Source: Candidatus Nomurabacteria bacterium | GTDB taxonomy: Bacteria; Patescibacteriota; Minisyncoccia; Phycocordibacterales; SBAW01 | Length of the DNA: 64,000 nt | Reading direction: 5' to 3' | Assembly: GCA_943349945.1 (NCBI GenBank) | Contig: CALQZS010000002.1 | Span: 51,278 to 115,277 of the forward strand | In this document: piece by piece, positions 58,081 to 64,000 of the stretch | How positions within the stretch are numbered: position 1 is the first letter of the stretch | Layout of the letters: every line of letters starts with the position of its first letter | Program-made: the position numbers and the translations under genes | The notes under the pieces: generated by a model | Database searches by the model: none | Seen by the model: the letters and a program-made list of their open reading frames with translations, nothing else | What the model was told of the DNA's origin: nothing

Positions 58081-58234
58081 AGCTGTAGTATACCCCCAAA
58101 ACTGGCGGCGGGTCTTTTGCCCTCTCTTCCCTTTTCTGCTATGCTGTGTTCGTGCTGGTTTTGGCCCTAGGCGCTTCGCGCGTAGGACCTCGCTCGCTCG
58201 CATAAGAGAACAAGCTCTCTTTGCTCACTCGCTC

Positions 58235-58306
58235 GGCCCTATCGTCTAACGGTTAGGACAGCGCCCTCTCACGGCGTAAATTGGGGTTCGATTCCCCATA
58301 GGGTCA
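58235..58306 (+). tRNA. tRNA-Glu (anticodon CUC)
   Basis: Cloverleaf: acceptor GGCCCTA/TAGGGTC, D-arm GTCT-AACGGTTA-GGAC, anticodon stem GCGCC/GGCGT with loop CTCTCAC, T-arm TGGGG-TTCGATT-CCCCA, discriminator A. CCA is not encoded. Confidence 0.8.
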
Positions 58307-58318
58307 TGGATAAAAGAA

Positions 58319-58347
58319 AATACCGCCATAGTGCGGTATTTTCTTTT
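58319..58347 (+). terminator. rho-independent terminator after tRNA-Glu
   Basis: aataccgc catagt gcggtatt hairpin followed by TTCTTTTGG. Confidence 0.7.
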
Positions 58348-58444
58348 GGCCAATATGATCGCCCTAAGGCGAGAATCGAAAAGCGCAGGCGTGACGACGC
58401 CGAGCCGGGGTCGCGAGATTTTCCAGCAGGAAAATACTTGTGAC

Positions 58445-58461
58445 CGATTCCCCATAGGGTC
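58445..58461 (+). repeat. 17-bp direct repeat of the tRNA-Glu 3' end (CGATTCCCCATAGGGTC)
   Basis: Identical to 58289-58305 (T-loop through the acceptor 3' strand). This looks like an att-site-type scar. Confidence 0.6.
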
Positions 58462-58512
58462 GCAAGCGAGTTTGCTGACGAGCAAATTCGACTTGTGACC
58501 ACAAACAAAAAG

Positions 58513-58585
58513 TTATCCCCAGTTTTCCTTACGAAGGTCAGTCCTTCGACGAAGGACTGACCTTCGTAGAGGGAGTTGTGGATAA
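58513..58585. repeat. 73-bp palindromic module, copy 2: TTATCCCCA - N10 - 35-bp palindrome - N10 - TGTGGATAA
   Basis: Same architecture and spacing as copy 1. The palindrome cgaaggtcagtccttcg a cgaaggactgaccttcg lies at 58532-58566. Confidence 0.7.
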
Positions 58586-58621
58586 GTCGAAAAAGGCACA
58601 AAGGTAGGAAGAGCAGGAAAA

Positions 58622-58846
58622 TTGGTATACTGGCGGTATATGGATCACAAAAGACTCTACAAAAGCGACACGAACAAAGTATTTGCCGGAATTTGCGGTG
58701 GGTTTGGGGAGTATCTAAACATCGACCCAGTACTCTTGCGTGTGGTGTGGCTGTTGGTGGTTATCTTTACTGGCGTAGTCCCTGGAGTATTGGCCTACAT
58801 TATTGCCGCATTTATAATCCCCAACCACACCCACCACACCAACTAG
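58622..58846 (+). CDS. PspC domain membrane protein
   Basis: KRLYKSDTNKVFAGICGGFGEYLNIDPVLLRVVW matches the PspC domain. Confidence 0.75.
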   Translation: MVYWRYMDHKRLYKSDTNKVFAGICGGFGEYLNIDPVLLRVVWLLVVIFTGVVPGVLAYIIAAFIIPNHTHHTN

Positions 58847-58872
58847 TTCCGCATAATGCTACACTTAGCAAA

Positions 58873-59205
58873 ATGAACGACCTGCACCATTTGCACGTGC
58901 GCAAACGCATCTACAAAAATTTAGAAAAATATCCAAACAAAAACTGGTTTAAGCGAGTGCTCGACTATGTGATGTACGGCGTCGCTATTGCCACACCCAT
59001 AGCCCTTTTCCCACAAGTATTTAGACTGTTTACCTACCAAGACGCCGCAGGGCTCTCAATCATCACCTGGTCGATGCTTGGATGCATAAACATACTTTGG
59101 ATTGTGTATGGTGTCGTACACAAAGAATATCCGATACTGCTGGCAAATCTTTTGGTAGGAATTTTAAACTGGGCGCTTATATACGGCATAGTACTATACC
59201 GCTAA
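58873..59205 (+). CDS. SemiSWEET/PQ-loop-like small transporter (110 aa, 3 TM)
   Basis: Three TM helices with a PQ motif in TM1 (ATPIALFPQVFRLF). Start is ATG 58873 within the ORF-track entry 58576..59205. Confidence 0.6.
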   Translation: MNDLHHLHVRKRIYKNLEKYPNKNWFKRVLDYVMYGVAIATPIALFPQVFRLFTYQDAAGLSIITWSMLGCINILWIVYGVVHKEYPILLANLLVGILNWALIYGIVLYR

Positions 59206-59226
59206 CGCCCTGCAAAAAAACAAAAA

Positions 59227-60546
59227 CTACCTCTTTTTCCAGTCTACATCTTGCCGCACCAACAACTCCCCCGCTCGCTCGGGCTCCTTCATGCAGTGTT
59301 CTGCCACACGTTCCATACGCATACTCTGTGAGCCCTTTACCAACACCACATCGCCTGGGTGGAGCATAGCTGCAAGTTCCTCGCCGGCCTTTTCTGCATC
59401 TTCGTATTGAAAAATCGCATGGTCGGGCAAGCCACGGTCGAGCGCCGCCTCGGCTATGTCGCGTGCCCGAAAGCCCACCGTTACCAACACGTCGGCAGCA
59501 GCAGCCACCTGCACCCCCACCCTGCGGTGTTCGTCGACACTGTGGCGACCAAGCTCGAGCATATCTCCCAGCGCCACCACATGCCGGCCGGATGGGAAGT
59601 GTGTTTTTAGTTCGCGCAGTGTCTCCAAAGCTGCCGACACAGCCGCAGGTGAAGAGTTGTATGAGTCATCAATTAACGTTGTGTCCTTAATGCCCGGCAG
59701 CACGCGCATGCGCCCTGGCGGTGGGTCATAGTGCCCAAGCGCCGCTACTATATCTTGCATATTGTTACCAAGTACTCGACCCACAGCGGCTGCCGCCAAC
59801 AATGGCAGCAGCGCATGCGCACCCAACACCCCCACAACCGACAATGGCGCAAATCCGCCGTCCACCTCGACTTGCATCCGCATACCAATAGGCCGGGCAC
59901 CTGCTGCACCTTCTTCTTGTATAAACTCGACATCAACCCCACGCACGCCTGAGCCAGGGGTCAGTCCGAACGTCTGTACAGCAAGAGAGCGTGCTGCAGC
60001 GCGCTCGCGCAACAAGTCTATACGCCTATCGTCGCCATAGAGCACCACTGTGCCCGTTGGTTTGACTGCATTAATTAACGACGCCTTTTCTTCTACTACA
60101 GCCTCGGGCGAGTCAAAAAACTCTACGTGCACCGGTACTTCAGGCAAACGGGTAATAACCGCCACATCCACCGGCAGCCACTTGGCCATGCCGCGAATGT
60201 CACCCGGCCTATCCGCCCCCACCTCGAGCACCAGCCACTCTGGGTATCGAGCAGGCAACACCAGCAACAGCAACCCATCAAAAATATTTTGTAACCAGCG
60301 CAGCGGATTATTCCATGCATTAGGACACCCCAAAATCGTAAGCGGCAGGCCTATTTCGCTATTAAAGCTTTTGTTGCTTTTGCGCACATGATGACTCTCT
60401 GCCAGCACAGCAAAAATTGCATCCTTGGTGGATGTTTTGCCCACACTACCGGTTACTGCCACAATGTGCGGTTTATATTTGCGCACCACGAGGCGCGCCT
60501 CCCACAACAAAATAGCGACAACGGTTTTTCTAAAAAATGCTCTCAT
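59227..60546 (-). CDS. murF: UDP-N-acetylmuramoyl-tripeptide--D-alanyl-D-alanine ligase
   Basis: Mur ligase Walker-like VTGSVGKTSTK and DDSYNSSP motifs. Confidence 0.9.
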   Translation of the reverse strand: MRAFFRKTVVAILLWEARLVVRKYKPHIVAVTGSVGKTSTKDAIFAVLAESHHVRKSNKSFNSEIGLPLTILGCPNAWNNPLRWLQNIFDGLLLLVLPARYPEWLVLEVGADRPGDIRGMAKWLPVDVAVITRLPEVPVHVEFFDSPEAVVEEKASLINAVKPTGTVVLYGDDRRIDLLRERAAARSLAVQTFGLTPGSGVRGVDVEFIQEEGAAGARPIGMRMQVEVDGGFAPLSVVGVLGAHALLPLLAAAAVGRVLGNNMQDIVAALGHYDPPPGRMRVLPGIKDTTLIDDSYNSSPAAVSAALETLRELKTHFPSGRHVVALGDMLELGRHSVDEHRRVGVQVAAAADVLVTVGFRARDIAEAALDRGLPDHAIFQYEDAEKAGEELAAMLHPGDVVLVKGSQSMRMERVAEHCMKEPERAGELLVRQDVDWKKR

Positions 60547-60548
60547 GG

Positions 60549-62255
60549 TTAGCGGTCAGGCGGTACATTATAGTAATTGATAAGAAACTGCGTAAGCGCA
60601 TGCCATGGTGGCGCGAGCGTAGTCGACGCATACGGGGCACCCACCGGCTCCACGGCAAACAAAAAGACGATAAACTTTGCGTTGTAAGACGGGAAGTACC
60701 CAAAGAAACTGTGTAGGAACCTGTCACTATAGTACCCGCCGCCGCCAGGGTTCGCAATCTGAGCCGTCCCTGTCTTGGCCGCAACACTATAATTGTCTAT
60801 TTTATACGCACCCTGTGTAAGCGCCTCGTCCACCACCTTTGTAAGCATACGACTCACCACCGTCGCCGACTGAGGCTGCAACACCTGCACCCCTTCTTTG
60901 GTTTTAGTATCTTTATCGCCGTTCGTACGCCGCACCTCGCGCACCACATGTGGGGTGACCAAAAACCCTCCGTTAGCTACAACCGCAAGTGCGCGGGCAG
61001 TAGCGATGGGGGTCATAGCTATCCCCTGCCCAAACGAGGCGGTGTTGTATTCGACCTGGCGCGGGCTTTGTAAGTTGCTCACCATGCCGCCCACCTCGCC
61101 AGGCAAGTCTATACCCGTGGTGCTCCCCATCTGGAAACGATTAAGAAAATATTCTCGCATGGTGGCCGAGCCCATGCGGGTCGCCACAAACGAAACCCCA
61201 AGGTTGAGCGACTGACTAAGTACCTCTTGCATAGGCACCACGCCGCGCGCCTTGAGGTCAAAGTTGCAGATTTTTTTAGTATCAACGGTGATGCACCCTG
61301 TGTCGTTGTAGGTGGTTGCCTCCGTTACTGCGCCCGCGTCCACACCAGCCGCCATGGTTAGTGGCTTAATAATCGACCCCATCTCGTACACGTTTTGCAC
61401 CAGCGGGTTTGCATAAATAAGCGGATTCGTTTCTTCATTAAATGCGTTGAGATCAAACGTAGGAGACACCGCCATAGCGTAGATCTCGCCGTTTTGCGGG
61501 TTCATGATGATACCGCCCGAGAGTTTGGGGTGCCACGCAGTATCGTATGCTGCTAGTTGGCGCTCCAATTCTGCCTGGACCGCAGGCTCAATGGTGGTTA
61601 CCAGGTCGCCCTGCTCTTTTGAACCAGCAAGAGACTGCACGCTACCAAACAGCTCGACAAAAAAGTTTTTGTACAGGTCGCCACTATTTCGCTCGAGCGT
61701 ACTATTGTAAAAACGCTCCAGCCCATACCTCCCTTCTTGTTTGTTGTCGGCATTGTATGCAACAAACCCCAGCGTCTGCGCCGCGAGCGAGCCACCCGGG
61801 TAGAGTCGCCAATGGTCTTGTTGGAGTATGAGCCCCGGCAGTTGCTTTGCTTGTAGGTCGGCGCCTAGGCTTGGGTCTAGGTGTTGTGCCACCACCTGGT
61901 ACTTACTGTCTGCTTTTGTGGCCTTGGCGATAAACTCTTCGTGCGATAAATCGGTAATATCTTTAAGCTCTTGGTACAGCGCTTCTGCGTCCACCACCTT
62001 TGTGGGGTTAAGCGCAATAGCATAGCCCGTTTTGAGCGCGGCGGCGGTTATTTGTGTGCCGTTTTTGTCGGTAAAGTATATGGTGCCGCGGTCTAGCAGC
62101 GGGCTCGTTTGGGGCAAAAACTGCGCATTAGCACGCACCGCATAACTGTGCCCCCGCACAATCTGCAACACATACAGCCGCCCCACAATCACGAGCACTG
62201 CCAAAATGACGAAGAGCGCAATGACTCGTATGCGGACAACAAAGCGCGCGTGCAT
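60549..62255 (-). CDS. ftsI: penicillin-binding protein 2/FtsI-type transpeptidase
   Basis: N-terminal TM and dimerisation domain, SIIK (SxxK), SQS (SxN) and KTGTA (KTG) motifs. Confidence 0.9.
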   Translation of the reverse strand: MHARFVVRIRVIALFVILAVLVIVGRLYVLQIVRGHSYAVRANAQFLPQTSPLLDRGTIYFTDKNGTQITAAALKTGYAIALNPTKVVDAEALYQELKDITDLSHEEFIAKATKADSKYQVVAQHLDPSLGADLQAKQLPGLILQQDHWRLYPGGSLAAQTLGFVAYNADNKQEGRYGLERFYNSTLERNSGDLYKNFFVELFGSVQSLAGSKEQGDLVTTIEPAVQAELERQLAAYDTAWHPKLSGGIIMNPQNGEIYAMAVSPTFDLNAFNEETNPLIYANPLVQNVYEMGSIIKPLTMAAGVDAGAVTEATTYNDTGCITVDTKKICNFDLKARGVVPMQEVLSQSLNLGVSFVATRMGSATMREYFLNRFQMGSTTGIDLPGEVGGMVSNLQSPRQVEYNTASFGQGIAMTPIATARALAVVANGGFLVTPHVVREVRRTNGDKDTKTKEGVQVLQPQSATVVSRMLTKVVDEALTQGAYKIDNYSVAAKTGTAQIANPGGGGYYSDRFLHSFFGYFPSYNAKFIVFLFAVEPVGAPYASTTLAPPWHALTQFLINYYNVPPDR

Positions 62256-62257
62256 AG

Positions 62258-62602
62258 CTAGCGCGTGTTGAGCGACAGCGCGCCAGCCTCGCTACGACCC
62301 AGCGTGTGCGCCGCAGTAAACACCACAGACACTGCGCTCGGTGCAGTAAAGCCAAGAGCCGCTGCATACTCGGGAGTTAGGCTTTTGGTTTGAGCCAGGT
62401 AGGTTGCTTCCAAGTCGCCCAGCGCCGCAACTGTGGTGCCTATTTGTTTTTCTACACTGGTGCGCGCCGCTGTGTGCATCACCGCCAACAATAAAAAGAC
62501 GCCGTATAAAAATATCGCCAAGGCGCACAGCCCCGCCAACCCTGCAGCGATGCGCGGCAAGTACGGTTGGAATGAAAGCGTGTTGGTTATTATTCGTTGC
62601 AT
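62258..62602 (-). CDS. ftsL: FtsL-like small membrane protein (dcw cluster position)
   Basis: A 114-aa single-TM protein immediately upstream of ftsI. Confidence 0.55.
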   Translation of the reverse strand: MQRIITNTLSFQPYLPRIAAGLAGLCALAIFLYGVFLLLAVMHTAARTSVEKQIGTTVAALGDLEATYLAQTKSLTPEYAAALGFTAPSAVSVVFTAAHTLGRSEAGALSLNTR

Positions 62603-63594
62603 ATTTTTTCAATCACACGTAGTTTGGCGCTGCGTGCACGAGGGTTAGTAGTAATTTCTGCGCGGGTGGGCACCAGTGGCTTCTTCGTGACCAAACGTCC
62701 AGCCTTTGCTTTGACATACCCGGCAAAGAGTCGTTTGACCGCACGGTCTTCTATGCTGTGGAAGGTAATAACCGCAACTCTCCCCCCGCACGAAAGGTGT
62801 TCGAACGCAGCCCCTACCCCGCGTTCTATGACCCCCAACTCGTCGTTGACCGCCATACGTAGCGCCTGGAACGAGCGGGTGGCAAAATGCAGCCGACCGT
62901 GGCGGTATGCGGCCGGTACCGCGTCTTTGATTATCTCGACAAGTTCGATAGTGGTTTGGATAGGCTCTATATCGCGGCGCGCCACGATAGCCTTTGCGAT
63001 GCGGCGCGAGTAGCGCTCTTCCCCATAGCCGTACAGGACATTCGCCAGAGTCTCTTCATCCCACGTATTTAAAATCTCACTCGCTACAAAACCTGACGCT
63101 GGCTTTTTGCCATAGCTCATGTTGAGCGGCTCATCATGCAAAAAAGAAAAGCCGCGGCCCGACAAAAGCTGCCCCGAGTTCCACCCCAGGTCAAAAAGTG
63201 CCTTGTCTATCGTTTCTAATTTATTTTTTTTGAGGACTTTTGCGACGGCGTCAAAGTTTGACTCCACCACCGAAGCCTTACTGCCAAACTTGTGCAGCCG
63301 CTCGCTTGCCAGCGCAACGGCGGCAGGGTCTGCATCAAGTGCCCACAATGTTATGTGTGGCTCTGCCGAGAGTATCGCGAAACTGTGCCCGCCTTGGCCT
63401 GCAGTAGCGTCCACCACCACCTCGCCTTTGTGCACATCCAAAGTGCGGAGCACTTCGTCTACCATCACACTTGTGTGCGCCACCTGCCCTAACTTCTGCC
63501 CGCCCCGACCAATACGGGACTCATGCGCCTTACCACCCTCCTCTCGACTGGAGCGATGTGGTGCACGAGCAGAAGTTAAAGCAGCTGTAGTCAT
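62590..63594 (-). CDS. rsmH: 16S rRNA (cytosine1402-N4)-methyltransferase RsmH (MraW)
   Basis: HTSVMVDEVL...VVDATAGQGGHS matches the RsmH N-terminus and SAM-binding motif. The true start is probably near 63465-63483, because the ORF-track N-terminal 40 aa are R-rich and atypical. Confidence 0.85.
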   Translation of the reverse strand: MTTAALTSARAPHRSSREEGGKAHESRIGRGGQKLGQVAHTSVMVDEVLRTLDVHKGEVVVDATAGQGGHSFAILSAEPHITLWALDADPAAVALASERLHKFGSKASVVESNFDAVAKVLKKNKLETIDKALFDLGWNSGQLLSGRGFSFLHDEPLNMSYGKKPASGFVASEILNTWDEETLANVLYGYGEERYSRRIAKAIVARRDIEPIQTTIELVEIIKDAVPAAYRHGRLHFATRSFQALRMAVNDELGVIERGVGAAFEHLSCGGRVAVITFHSIEDRAVKRLFAGYVKAKAGRLVTKKPLVPTRAEITTNPRARSAKLRVIEKICNE

Positions 63595-63596
63595 AA

Positions 63597-64000
63597 TTAC
63601 AAAATTCCTAAGTCACCCATTTTTTCGGCCATCTGGTCGGCGCCTTTTTCGATACGGCGCTTATACTCCTCCCAGGTTTTTTCGTTCCAGATTTCGATAC
63701 GGTCAGAGACTCCAGCCAACACTACACGGGAGCGCAAGTCGGCAAAATCTTTAAGGAAATCTGGCACGAGGATGCGTCCAGCTCCGTCTACCTCCGTCTC
63801 GACCGCACCTGCCAACAGAAAGCGGCTTATACCGCGAGTATCTGCTTGGCCAAACGGCAAAGAGCTCAGCTTTTGTGCAATGTTATTCCACGCCTTTTCA
63901 GGGAACATAAACAAACACGCATCAAGACCACGCGTAATAACCACCTTCCTGCCCACCTCCTTGCGGAACTTGGCAGGCAACGAGAGACGCTTTTTACTGT
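63597..64000 (-). CDS. mraZ: transcriptional regulator MraZ (5' end outside window)
   Basis: Duplicated MraZ half-domains (LPAKFRKEVG..., ILVPDFLKDFA...). The frame is open to the window edge. Confidence 0.85.
   Translation of the reverse strand, partial: SKKRLSLPAKFRKEVGRKVVITRGLDACLFMFPEKAWNNIAQKLSSLPFGQADTRGISRFLLAGAVETEVDGAGRILVPDFLKDFADLRSRVVLAGVSDRIEIWNEKTWEEYKRRIEKGADQMAEKMGDLGIL

Noticed and set aside
54279-58585. Calling the DnaA-box modules the replication origin outright
   Set aside because: There are only two strong 9-mers per module. dnaA is not in the window and GC skew cannot be computed here. The modules are equally well explained as a dispersed palindromic repeat family. 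The claim is kept as a hypothesis only.
1-64000. CRISPR arrays, IS elements or prophage integrase
   Set aside because: No direct-repeat/spacer periodicity and no transposase or integrase-like ORFs were seen. The only repeat families are the twin palindromes, the 72-bp modules and the 17-bp tRNA 3' repeat.

Overview
64-kb window (about 50% GC, densely packed, genes on both strands) from a streamlined bacterium. Gene content and signal architecture resemble Patescibacteria/CPR-like genomes, but that assignment is an inference. Most of the window is housekeeping: leuS (5' partial), mltG, mnmA, pepO, alaS, an infA-rpmJ-rpsM-rpsK-rpsD-rpoA-rplQ-rplM-rpsI operon, grpE-dnaK-[ABC exporter]-dnaJ, trpS-aspS, pepA, scpAB, two pieces of a dcw cell-wall cluster (dacA-like-mraY-ftsW-murG on + strand; mraZ-rsmH-ftsL-ftsI-murF on - strand), gltX, an EnvC-like M23 peptidase, an ABC-2 transporter, a divergent ctpA/corA pair, cysS-dnaB-recR, rplU, rmuC, one tRNA-Glu, and about 20 hypothetical or small membrane proteins. 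No CRISPR array, transposase, integrase or rRNA was found. The most notable features are: (i) a TrpR/YerC-like regulator gene flanked by two copies of a perfect GGTTTGATATATCAAACC palindrome, the longer copy (28 bp) abutting the -35 of the grpE-dnaK heat-shock operon; (ii) two copies, 4.2 kb apart, of a ~72-bp module of inverted DnaA-box-like 9-mers around a 34-35-bp palindrome, next to dnaB-recR and a tRNA; (iii) an ATP-cone domain fused to an Mrr-type restriction endonuclease domain inside a DNA-repair/defence cluster; (iv) an extended -10 box (TGnTATACT-like) sitting 6-9 nt upstream of many ATG start codons and almost no Shine-Dalgarno motifs, implying widespread leaderless translation; (v) a ~0.7-kb GC-rich, apparently non-coding island closed by a minus-strand terminator, which is a candidate structured RNA; (vi) a sigma-70 region-4 domain fused to a HARE-HTH domain.
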